64,000 nt of DNA from Antedon mediterranea (lineage: Eukaryota; Animalia; Echinodermata), in contig NC_092679.1 of the NCBI RefSeq assembly GCF_964355755.1, positions 22,551,432-22,615,431 on the forward strand, in the 5' to 3' direction. Under the pieces are notes generated by a model, which did no database searches, was not told where the DNA came from, and saw nothing but the letters and a program-made list of their open reading frames with translations. The stretch's first letter is position 1, and every line of letters starts with the position of its first letter. Below, piece by piece: positions 13,720-25,931 of the stretch. The translations under genes were made by a program, and so were the position numbers.

Positions 13720-14492
13720 GATTGCTTTTTGGCTTCCGATTATCTGCTTCTGTGCTGCTTAGTGTCTTCTGTTCTTCAGCTTTCAACACATCAGGAGGTC
13801 TAAGGATTGTAACTTTACACCAAATTTATTCGACCATAACATCATTTCTCTTCTTTTGATTGGTTGCCGCAGGATAATAAAAACTCTTTTCTGTTAAAGC
13901 GCATGAAAAATGTCAACACATGCAGAACAAAAGGCAATCCTAAATGGATTTTTTATTGTGTCTGATTTTATTATTTAGTATAATGGGTGCAAAGCACAAG
14001 CTGATATGCGTAAAGTAGGCCCACCATAAACACAATGATTTGCCGCTGATATAAATTAATTCATTTTAAAGATACACAGTATTAAATAAATTCCTGACTA
14101 AAAACGATTTCTGTACTTACCCCCTCCCCACATTTTTATTGATAATGTAAATCAACGTTTTAGGTTATGCGTTCAAATAATTATGGTTTATCTGTGGCTG
14201 CGACACGATCTGTTCTACGTTCTTGACACAGCACGCCGTGGAGAATATGCACATTTAGTATTGGTATTTGCCGCAGCCAGACGTAAGATCAAAGGACTGC
14301 TACACGTTCCTATCTTGGCAATGTGAGCTCAGTGTCCCGTTGTTAGATTGCCTTGGTATCAGTATTCAATTAGTATTATTATTATGCAATAGGCCCAATG
14401 CTATTCAATCGCGATGCCCATTGATCCTCTGATGTATTTGTTTTTCACACTCTTTTGCGCAACTTTGTAAACGCCGACGCCGACTTTTATAA

Positions 14493-14663
14493 AGCTTGGT
14501 TCCCAATAGGACGTAACGCAAAAGTTAGCACAACGCCAGAAATTTGACCAATCACAAGCGATGTATTACTGTACTTGGACATCGCTACCGTAATTGTCAT
14601 CATGGTCAACCTTGCGTTGTATGCGCTTACGTCCTAATTGCATTACGTATTGGGAACTGAAGC
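14493..14663. mobile_element. MITE (PIF/Harbinger-like), degenerate
   Basis: TAA then AGCTTGGTTCCCAATAGGACGTAA ... TTACGTATTGGGAACTGAAGC imperfect inverted termini. Confidence 0.6.
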
Positions 14664-14845
14664 GTGGTTCCCACTAGCGACGCAACGTAACGTAATCTAC
14701 GCAACGTAAGAAAATGCCCTTCTAACAATTGTGTTTGCCCCCGCCTGCGTGAAATCAAACCTGCGATGTATGCAGCACTATTGGAATGGCATTTCCTTAC
14801 GTTGCGTAGGTTGCGTTACGTTGCGTCGCCAGTGGGAACCAAGCT
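14661..14845. mobile_element. Palindromic MITE (PIF/Harbinger-like)
   Basis: Long TIRs AGCGTGGTTCCCACTAGCGACGCAACGTAACG ... CGTTACGTTGCGTCGCCAGTGGGAACCAAGCT followed by TTA. Confidence 0.8.
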
Positions 14846-14867
14846 TTAGTTTGGAAACGCAGTCTAA

Positions 14868-15015
14868 AGCTCTGTCTACACTATCAAATTTTATGTGATG
14901 TGCCCATATATGGACATGATGATGTCATATCACTACCATATTTAGGAATACCAATACCATATTTGGGCACATCACACTTTTTTTGTCCAACTAGTTTGAT
15001 AGTGTAAACAGAGCT
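14868..15015. mobile_element. MITE family A (TIR AGCTCTGTCTACACTATCAAACT), PIF/Harbinger-like
   Basis: TIRs flanked by TAA/TTA; internal GTGATGTGCCCA..ATATGG inverted repeats. Other full or partial copies near 5582, 9540, 16260, 25765, 37540, 42586, 45091, 45828, 49390, 51400, 52300, 56800, 58318 and 63474. Confidence 0.88.
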
Positions 15016-15832
15016 TTAGAAAGAAGCCTTTTATATACAATATAATATAACTTGTCGAGCAAACTGTGTATTTTTTAATGTCCCATACATCACAACAACA
15101 AAATCCTTTCATTTTAGCCTGGCGGCGTGACGCATCGCACTTTCTGGACCAAAGTCCACTATTCCCTGTGTACCTAATAGAACAACAGGCTAAGACTTGA
15201 TTTATAAAATTATCATTATCTATCGAAATTATTATTTCAAGAAACAGTAATTTTGCATTGGCTATTATTAGCCATTTCATGAAAATATTGATCACGACCG
15301 TATCTTGCTATGGGTGTTGCAACCTTTATTACTAGGCCTAGGCCTAATGATGTAGAACTTATTGATTGTAGACGTGAACAAACTGACGGTACATAGTGAC
15401 GAAGAAATTCGGAATTGTTCAACTGATATTTATATGTTAACAGGTCATTATCAATGTTTATTGATAACAGAGTGCCGATTTGCAAAGTGTCACCCGATGT
15501 TGTTATAGTCACTTTTAAAAAGAATGCACAGAACCCGGTTACTGAATTATGTAATGTCGATAAGGACGAGCCAATGTAAATCTGTGATATTTCAATATTT
15601 TTAGCTTCTTTTCGGTAAACTGTTTGAGGTAACAAGTTATCTCCAGTGAGTAAACTTGTAAACTTACGGTACAAAGTTTATTTACACTCCTGCTGGCCAA
15701 ATAGCCACTTCACGTTGGACATTACACGCCATTTGGATCGTAGAGAATCCGGCATATGAGTGCAAAAGTGTATTTACTATAATACAGACATTTAGTGCTG
15801 TAGACATTACATTATATCGTGACATTCCAATA

Positions 15833-17901
15833 ATGGAGTTTTACAAAGAGGAGTATTTTGGTGGAACCAGAACACTGGAGGATGCTTTAACAGTTGTATC
15901 TTCTACCCTAAGTAGCAGACAGCAGCCGTTAGGTCAGCAATCAGGTAAGATGTTAATCTACCGCCCTGATGACACTTAATGACCGTTCAGGATCATTAGA
16001 AACCTATAATTGTTTACATAACAAAGAATAGTTTAAAACAGGTTGATAAATGACTTCTGTGCAAATTAAACTTTGTCACCGTATGAAAATAATGTAAGTC
16101 CTATTTTAACACCGGGCTCAAACTGCTAACCGTCAAATGGTAATTTTAGTCGAAGCTGACGTATAGACACGGTCGGATCATAGTTTTGTAATTTGTAAGT
16201 ATCAATTTTCAGGCAGATTTTAAAGGGTCCATAAAAATCCCTCCTCTTTTATTAAATATACTATATATATTTGATAGTGTAGACAGAGCTTTAGGAATAG
16301 TTTTTATTATTGAATCTCAACGAGTCCCTTTCCCTACATCCTGTATCTGTTCCGTGTGGTTTGTGTAGCACTGCGAAGATAAATATTGTTACGTGCGCAG
16401 TTCTATATAACGTATTATATAACACCTATATAAATTCCTGTCATTTGATTGGACGAATGTGGGTCACATGGCGTGCAATAGTACGCACTATTCAACGATC
16501 GTTAAATAGTACTTTTTGAAACATTTTTGTGTACGAAAAAAAAACGTCTAGATGTTATATAAAACAAATAATGAATGTTTTGTATTCGTGTAATGGTACA
16601 AATAATGGCACTTGGTGAATGATGAAAGGTTATATCAACTCGGCTTTGCCTCGTTGATATAACCTTTCATCATTCACCTCGTGCCATTATTTGTACCATT
16701 GCACTCATAAACATTCATTATTTGTATACTATGCCTATCTATTTCAGAAGTATCAGGATTATTTGGTGATACAGCATCTCATTTATATCAAATGTGGTTC
16801 CTGATGTAAAGTTAGGTTAAGTTACTACTATACATGTGAAACATTAATATTACTAAATTCGTTGATACTTTGGAAATAGACACAGTACGAGAATGGATGC
16901 ACCTATAAACTAAAGTAGAGCATTGACGAATTAAAAATAAAATATTGCATTTCATTTCAGAATCGCATGGTTTAAAACAGCAGCACAACGACAGATTGAA
17001 TGACGATGGTGTAGAACCGGTCAATGCAAACAGATCAGCAGACACCATTACAGAAAAAGGGATGTCTGACCAACGCGTTCTTGCTAATGGTCACCAGACG
17101 CCATTGCTTTCTCCTTCCTCGTCACCAGATCATCAAATCAGTACTCGTAAAAAACCAACTGGCAAAGTCTCCCCTTTTATTTACAATGATCCGGAAAAAA
17201 TGGCTTCAACGTTGTATTTGATAAATGGAAAATCTCTTGAAGATTCAGCAGAAGCTAGTCTTTACGAGACAGACAAACGCAGACATAACAAATATAAAGA
17301 TATATTACCGCCAATTAAGACAGACAATAGGACGACGACGCGTCATCACAAACATCTAACGCGTCATCATGACAAACATCAAACGCATAGACATCCAAAA
17401 GAATCTAAAGACACTAGTGATATTTTAAGGCTGCCGTCTTTGGAGACGTTTAAAGAGTATGACATCTCGAAATCCGTAGACATCGCTCCTCCCATTGACT
17501 TCCTTCACCTTCCAGACATCCAGAGAAGTTATGATAGTGGTTTTGAGACTAGGAGCAATGGCAGTGACTCAAATAAGAACGATGCTATCAACAATCACGT
17601 CTCAAATATTCCGAAACTACCTGAAACCATATCGGGTTCTAATTCCTTTTTAGTATCTGGTGTTCAAGTAAAATCTAATGGTAGAAAACATATCTCTAAG
17701 CGAACTAACCCGGCCAGGAGTCCAGACAGTGTTGGGAAAAAGAAAAAGAAGAAATCTAAAAGCAAACATTCAAAATGTTATGACAGCAGCAAAGAATATA
17801 AATTTAAATTAGATTCGAGCGAAGATTATAATATTGGAAGTCCTACCATCGTTAGAAAGGAACTTATAAATTCAAATGATGACGTTGACTATGATATATA
17901 A
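15833..17901 (+). CDS. Uncharacterised, probably disordered protein of about 350 aa (two exons)
   Basis: ATG 15833, exon to 15944 (CAG|GTAAGA, phase 1) joins acceptor TTTCAG|16961 in frame with the 318-aa ORF; AATAAA at about 17921. No domain recognised; His-rich and KKKKKKSKSK tracts. Confidence 0.7.
16418..16731. mobile_element. Non-autonomous element ending in a fold-back of about 160 bp (possibly Crypton-like)
   Basis: Inverted arms 16564-16725 include perfect 20-bp and 26-bp stems; related copy at 26270-26445. Family assignment is a guess. Confidence 0.55.
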
Positions 17902-18755
17902 TGACGTCTTTTTTTACCTAAATAAAAACAAGATTATAAAAGCCAGCTTATCGGTATTAGTCTTCTGTTTTGTTGAGAAATAAAGCATTCATGCGGCAAC
18001 CAATTGGTTGTCGAGAGTAGTAATAAAGCATAGGCAAACAATTGGTTGTCGAGAGGAGTAACAACACTTCTCTGCCATAAAAGTAGTAACGAAACCAATC
18101 AAAAGATGGAAAAGATGCAATATACATGGCCACTTTATGTACCTTTTAAAAAAAGGAATACGTGCGGGATGCATTAATTTTACTAACGTGTTAGTTAAGG
18201 CACAGAAATTGGCATAATGCATGAGATAATGTAAAAGATTACACGATAGCTGTTCTGACCTATTTTGCATACAGGCTCCCTAGTTGCAAATTTCTGAGTT
18301 CGGAATGTTGTTGATTTGATTTTCATATCTAAGTTTACTCAGTCATCAAGTTGTTCCTGGAACAACATTGCTATTAATTTGTTGTGCGGTTGGAAGTCAT
18401 TAGACTGATTTGTGTTTTCGTTTACTGATTGTACATTGCCAACAAGCAAATAATGAAATGAAAATTATGTGTTAATGATTAGTCTGTAATGCTTCCATTA
18501 AATGATTACAAGATATAGTTACACACTGCTTTTCTTTATTTTAAATATTGTATACTAGTGTAGCAATTCACAATGTACACTAAATACGACTGCAGCGCGC
18601 CATAGATTATAATGCAAAACAAGAAACCCACCAAACGCATGAGGGCGCATGATTGTTATTGTTATTGTTGAGTCGGTGGTGGTGTGAGAGTTTTTGTAAA
18701 GAAGAAACCTCAGTAAAATTGCGTCGAAATAACTGTTTAAGGTTCATATTTTAAG

Positions 18756-21700
18756 ATGGCCCAAAGGCAATGGGCACATGGAAAACCCATGTCTTATTTG
18801 ACATATTATAAACATCGACAAATAACAGATAATCCACAATTTACCAACCGTTTTCTAAGCCGACGATTTGCAGACAGTGAAGGCCTGTACAGAAAAAACC
18901 TGACGGGCCATTTCGGCTGCATCAACGCAATAGAATTTAGCAACAATGGGGGGAATTTTCTTGCATCCGGTAAGAGCCCATGGGTCTAGTAGTAATTTTT
19001 ATCTTTATTTGCTTGAAATTATAAATATAATTGATGTGTAATAACAGTTTTAAATACTATGTATTTGTATTTTGTTATTTTTATTTTTTTGAATTTTCAA
19101 TCATTGTTACATTGTTTTTTTTTTGGCCTGTTATAAATCAATAATAATAATATTAATAATTATTAGATATTAAAATATTAATTATTATGGTATTGATTTT
19201 TTGTATATTTTCAAAGTGTGTTTTATGCACAAAATTAACGATTGACCCCTGGATTAAAATAGCCAACCCAGTTATAATTATTATTTCATTGACTGTGATG
19301 ATATGAATTGATTTATGAATCGGTTGTCATTTTTTACAGGTGGAGATGATAGACGTATTGTACTCTGGAACATGCAGGATGCCCTCTCCAGCAGCTATCC
19401 ATCTACCAATTCAAAGAATAAAAACATTACAAAACAAAAATATGTCACTCTACGGGGAGAGCATCATTCCAACATATTTTCACTGGCTTTTGACAATCAA
19501 AATAAACATATTTTCTCTGGTGGTAATGATGCGCAGGTCCTTGTTCATGACATAAAAACGTAAGCAGATATTAGGGACAGATATCCAGGGCCGGGGAGTG
19601 CTAGGGGCCGAGAAACGCTAGGGGATGGTAGTCACTAGGGGATGGGGGAGCACTAGGGGTAAGGAAATGCTAGGGGCGGGGAGTGCTAATGTGTAGGGAA
19701 TGATAGGGTTGGGGAGTGCTAGGTTGTGTGGAGCTCAAGTGGATGATCAGCATTAGAGGATGGTGAGTGTTAGTGGATAAAGAGCGCAAGGGACACATGC
19801 TCCTCCTTTTAACAGCTAAAATGAAATTATTTATTAAATTGGTTAATGACTACTACTGTTAATGAATCTACATTTTGAAAGACTATTAATATCAATATGT
19901 TAGTGCTCCCCCGTTTATATCCTGGATCCACCCCTGGGTATTGATTATTAAGTAATCAGAATGACTCAGCTCTAAGCACACTAAAGTAAACCTGACTACC
20001 AAAGAATGTAGTACAAAGTATCATGAACATCGTAGCAGCATTTGAATGCAAACAGTGATTTGATTTTGCTTGAGCAAAAGTAAGCTTTAGATTTTGCCTG
20101 TGAGCGATCATAGCTGTACACCACTGCCCTTTTACTCTGCATGGAGTACCATTAAATATTACCATTTATAGAACTAATATTGAATGGCACATGGTATCAA
20201 ATTAACCAATCAGATAATAAGGATACACTCAGGTGTGTATTATAACATGGAGTACTGTAATTAATTAATGATTATATTTTACCTTTTTCAGTGGCGAAAC
20301 CATAGACGTTTTTCTTCATGAAGATGCTGTCTTTGGCGTTGTTGTTGATCCAAGTAATGATAACGTATTTGCCAGCGCTGGTGATGACGGTAGAGTGCTG
20401 TTGTGGGACATTCGGGAACCGAGCCACCACGGTAACTAACTCAATGCTAACTAGTTTCGCAGTCTAAAGTGCCTAGCTTACCTGGATAAACCGACAATAG
20501 CCCTTTCAACCTTAAAGAGCGAAATATAACTCGAAAAGTAGAAATTTTCATTGAACACCCTTTCCCCAAATTTTTTTTTTTTAAATTTTATTTTATGTCT
20601 TTAGGCAATGTGGCCAAGGATTACCAATAGTGAATTAATCACTGTCCTATCAGATAGGTGGTAATCCCCTTGATACATACAAATAGTATAGTCCATGAAG
20701 TACTTTTTCTTGGCTACTAGAGATTTACTTTGAGATGTCTATAAAATGACTATAAGTAAAGCTTCAAAGATGTTTGCACTGACTGTACTCACCATTTCTA
20801 ACATTTTATTCTTCTAGAGCCGTTCGTTTTGGCCAATTATGCAACTTCATTTCACGGTGTGGTCTACCATCCAATAGAATCTAGGTTTTTAGCGACTGCT
20901 AATTGCAAAGAAGGACTAGCATTATGGGATGTTCGCAAACCAAGAAGGTAAGTGTACTATTTTGACTTTTTTTTGGGTGAAAGGTCAAGTTTGTTTTTAA
21001 TTTTTTATCAAGTTTATTGAGAGAATACTACCATAACTGTAATTAAAAAAATATGAATAATGAATCTTCCATCTTTTAGTTGCCTGCTAAGGTATGGAGG
21101 AATACCCCAAAGTGCTATGAGTGTTTGTTTTGACCAGCTTGGCCGGAGAATCTTTGGCCTAAGAAGACGACTACCACCTGTCCTTTACGATATACACAGC
21201 CCTGTCCCGACATATCAATTTGACCACTCAGGTTACTACAATTCATGTACAATGAAGACTGGCTGTTTTGCAGGGGATAAACACCAGGTAAGATGAGAGG
21301 GGGAAGGGTGTTAGAGAGTAGGGGAGTTACAGGGGGAATCGAAGTTTCCCTCTACTCTAGGCCAACATGTTTGTTTTTCAATCTTATTACCAAACATATA
21401 TGTTCACATATACCATAACAGTGCTATTCACAAAGTTCCATTTCCTTCCAAATTTTAATTATGTTTGTTCTCAGACAATTACCTTTTTAAAATATTTCCT
21501 TCATCTTTCATTCTGATAGTGTCATCGTGTTCAAAAATGTGAATATAGGTAGGTTCCATATTGCCACTGTATATCCTATATGACATACAGTACACATTAA
21601 TAGACCAATTCAACACTACTTTAGGTCATATTTTAACATACATGCACTACATTTTGTTTGCACGGATCAGCTAAATCTAGTTCTGATTTTTGTTTTGCAG

Positions 21701-23602
21701 TATGTTGTATCAGGCTCAGATGACTTCAACCTTTATATTTGGAAAGTACCAGAAGGCCCTATTGAAGGTATTGGCTGTTTTTGCAATGACCTGCGACCTA
21801 AAAACGAATTCTTTCATGTAAATTCGTTGTGCGTATGCCAGTGAAGTTAGGACATCACTTGCTATTCCTTGATGCAGTTGTGGTGGTTTCTAGGTCCAGT
21901 TTTGGTCATCTCAAATCCTAACGTTCCCTAATGTTTACCCATGCATAATTCCAAAAATCATCATATGAAAGTATCACAGTAGAGGTCACAGTAGAGGTCA
22001 TAGTAGAGGTCATAGTAGAGGTCATAGTACCATTATGACGTTTGAGGGCCTCGGGAGAACAGTGGCAAAATCATACAAAGATATCGGAGACATTCTTTTC
22101 TCAGATTTTTCTAAATTTATTTTCACAGCAGGAGGAATTGGTGAAGCACACATGGTACTACAAGGTCATAGGTCAATTGTAAATCAAGTTTGCTTCAATA
22201 GATACAATCACATGATAGCTAGTTCAGGAGTTGAGAAAGTTATAAAGGTGAGTCTATTTAAAGTTGTTTTATAGCAGGGGTGTAGTTTACGATTTGTGCA
22301 ACCAGCCTACGCCTCTGCAAGAAAGCAATGGCATTATATATGACACTCTATTAACAGTAAATAGACAATCAAAAAATGGCAGCCCAGTATATTGATAAAA
22401 TTTAGTTCTGGTACATTTTATATTTAAAAATATAATTTTTTAAATAACATTCATTCAAATTTTAGATATGGAGCCCATTTGCTTTGCCTGAAAGTCGTGG
22501 TAGCTTAAAAGGCGACCAAGATTTGTGGGAAGTGGATCGACCAATGTACAATCGCGGCGAATACCTGAACCTAATGATGAGCAGCAGCTCTGCGTTATCG
22601 TACGACTTCAGTAACCAGTCAATGGAAGAGGACCCGCGAATGATTGCATTCTTTGATTCCTTAGTCCAGCGAGAAGTGGATGGCGGCTTCAGTGACGCCT
22701 CTGACAGCGATATAAATTCAGACCATTTGGTGTCGGTCGACACTGAGTTGCTGGATCATCTAGTGAATCAATCAGACTCCGACACGACAGACACAACGAT
22801 CATTCTACAGCTTGATAGTTATCAGGCGCCCTCTGTCGTAAACCCTGAGTATACTTCAGATGAAACCACCAGCAATAATGACTCTTTAAAACCATCTTGT
22901 TCCAGAAATAAAAGAGCTGCCGAAGAGTCTTCCAGTAGCAGTGAAATGACTGACACGGATGAAGAAGGAAGGTTGCTTTATGAACGTTACTGCGCGAAAC
23001 AGCGTGAACTCGCACGTAAAAATAAAAAAATGAAATTGACCAATGAGCAATCAGATAACAAAATAGTTAGTCTTCGTCAAAGACTAGCCTGTAAGAAGGC
23101 ACTTAAGAGTAAGATGCATAAAAAATCGTCAAAGACTTCGTCTGTAAAAATTGTAATCGGTAGTTCTGATAATGCTTCAAGCGATGAAGAAGATGAATTG
23201 CGTAAGTCACACTTATTACCGCCAAAAAACACGCTAACTTCACATCAGAATTTCATACGATCTTTGCGAAAAAGAATCACTGGATTAAGTAACGAACATT
23301 CTTCAAATAGTCAAAATGCAGAACACATTGAATTAAAAACAAACACTGAATTTAAATTAGTTGACTTGTTGGAAGATGACAGCGAAAATAATAAAAGTAC
23401 TACGAAAAAGACGCCCTCACAGTCTGATAATGATCAACCGTCTTGCAGCTGGACTGCATCTCAATCTGAAAATCAATCAAATATTCACTCTCAAGTAGAT
23501 AATGAACAACAAAACACTGATAATGACTCTCAAGATAGATTAGAATTTAAGCCTAAGAAAAAGAAATCTAAAAGGCAATATCGCTCTAGTAAAGATGATT
23601 AA
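18756..23602 (+). CDS. DCAF5: DDB1- and CUL4-associated factor 5 (WDR22), 8 coding exons
   Basis: Exons 18756-18969, 19340-19559, 20292-20431, 20818-20947, 21080-21287, 21701-21767, 22129-22247, 22466-23602. Motifs GHFGCINAIEFSNNGG, SGGDDRR, HHSNIF, LRRRLPPVLYD, GYYNSCTMK, SGSDDFNLYIW, GHRSIVNQV, SSGVEKVIK, EEDPRMIAFFDSLVQRE. Confidence 0.96.
19588..19790. repeat. Degenerate G-rich minisatellite (GGGAGTGCTAGGGG-like)
   Basis: Directly visible in DCAF5 intron 2; possible G-quadruplex. Confidence 0.7.
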
Positions 23603-23949
23603 GAAAAAGATTATTATTTATAAATATTATTTACTTTTGAATGCATCTGGCATTACTGTTTATTTAATTTTAATTTATTATATTCCTTCACACATGTTAA
23701 TACTATAATGGAAAGAGAACAGAATGCGTGTTAATTTACTACTCAAACCATTGAAATGTGTGGGTAATTAAATCTGTTATAGGACCTTGAGACGCATGTA
23801 CTATATGCATGATTGCTATTCAGTTTATAAGCACAATGTACGTACAAAGACAAAGCATAGCCGCTGTATATTATTCAGCCTAAAAAAGTTACTCTGCGAG
23901 TTGAATATATTGTGTTTGAGAATACTGTTTGATATTGGGTCGAGATTTA

Positions 23950-24171
23950 AGCTTGGTTCACACAACAACATAGGTGCAATAAGGTTGATTGCAAATAGCA
24001 TGCATGATGGGACGTTTGGGAGCAAACATCACACATTGTGCAATGATGTTCCTCGTGAAATCAAGCTATTTGCGATAAACCTTATGCAAGTGAGTTGACC
24101 ATCACAAGTGACAGTTCAAATAATCCATTGTATTATTTATAGTGAGCTTATGACCAAGTGCGAACAAAGCC
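23950..24171. mobile_element. Degenerate MITE downstream of the DCAF5 stop
   Basis: AGCTTGGTTCACAC ... GTGCGAACAAAGCCT imperfect TIRs flanked by TTA; termini resemble the 14493 and 14661 elements. Confidence 0.5.
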
Positions 24172-24765
24172 TTAGTACTTAAAGCATTTTAAAGGTACAT
24201 TCACACTGAGCCTAGGTACCGGATGAAAAATGGGTGTAGTGTTTAATAGAACCTCCATTCACTCTGTATGTGTGTAATTGGATAATGTAACATAGCTTGG
24301 AGTTTCCAACAGCAGGTAGCTTTAAGTTACATTTGCACCGTGTTATATCCATTTTCACCTGGTGTGAACATAGTCTTAAAATAACGGTGTTCAGCTGAAC
24401 CTTACAATGCATGTACAGTAACTCTTTGTATTGTATTGGTGTACAAAATAACACAATTTAAAATAAATGTGTACAAGTAAAATATTTATTTATAAAACTT
24501 ATTTGTGTACAGTAGTAAAAGGATACAGATAAACTAACATACCATTTTTTTTTATCAACGACAGACTACAGATAAGTTTGTTTATTATTTAACAAATAGT
24601 ACAGTATACCCTACAATTAATTTTAATCATTGGCATTTAGTTAAGTCAAAAAATTGCAGTCACGGTCAACCATGCATTGCAATTTATTATTTTCTATTGT
24701 TACCAATGTTTCTAATTAAAAAAAGCATTTATTTCTTTGATAAAGAAGTCAATTAACTTGCATTA

Positions 24766-24830
24766 AGATAAGATAAGATAACTTTTATTGATCCTCAAAA
24801 AGGAAATTCATTGCTCGTCATAATAACAAG
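24766..24830 (-). mobile_element. Short LINE 3' tail (Rex1/Babar-like)
   Basis: Minus strand ...GAGGATCAATAAAAGT(TATCT)3, a poly(A) signal plus microsatellite tail. Confidence 0.4.
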
Positions 24831-25931
24831 AAAACACAATAAAAACAAATATATCATAAAACCATTTATATAAAAACATCAAAAAATACAAGATAAAATT
24901 ATCTTCTTGACTTAAAGATGGAATGATATGAGTTCTACTGTATTGAAAAAAAAATGGGCACAAAACTCATTTCCCTTTCATGGGTACTGCAAGTGAAAAA
25001 ATACCCTCAATTAATAAAGCAAATATGAACTTTCACCCACAAACTATGCAAGATTTCGAGTGCAAAAGTCATTCTATGCATTCTCAGAAAATGAATGTGT
25101 CAAGAATGACTGTTAGACTCAATAGCTATGTAGTCATGTGATGAACTAGTTTCATCGACAAATTGTTCAGCCCCCACAGTACATTTTTATAATCTTGGCA
25201 AATTATTAAATTTGTATGTGTAGCACAAACTAAAACAAAACTACAGTATATTTTTAATATTAACTAAATCCCATTTAACAAAATAAATATAATCTGAAAT
25301 TATATTAGTTATATAATATATTATCTGTATACATAATTATTCACACAAATTGTATTTATATAAAAATATTTAAATGTATCTTCTATGTAAAAAACATTAA
25401 TTTTTGTCGTCAATAAACCCTCAGTATTGCGACAGTCGACTTACCATGTTGCATTGTGGGATTAACCAGTTTAAAGAAGTATTAACATAAGCCGTATATA
25501 CAAGGTAATCTTTTATTTTCATATTTAAAATTCATAAATCTGTGACTAACCAAGCCAATTGAGAAGAATTTTAAACATTTAGTACAGCAGTTAATTCTAT
25601 TATTAATTAATTTTATCCTATTTGTTTAAAAAATATACAATATAATTTACAATAAATTGTTATTGAATACTTCCTAAACATTAACTTCTTCCCACATCCT
25701 TGTACATCAGAATTTGCTACACAAATACCTTAACCAAGCAATGTTGTTATAATAGCGTTCTTTAAGCTCTGTCTACACTATCAAACTAGTGTGATGTGCC
25801 CAAATATAGTAGCGATATGCTTAAATATGGTAGTGATATGACATCATCATGTCCATATATGGGCACATTTTTTTTGCCACATAAAGTTTGATAGTGTAAA
25901 CAGAGCTTAAGTAGAACCAATTCACTTTCAC

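Noticed and set aside
15237-15674. 145-aa minus-strand ORF
   Set aside because: Non-ATG start, no recognisable domain or splice context; lies in a promoter-like region.
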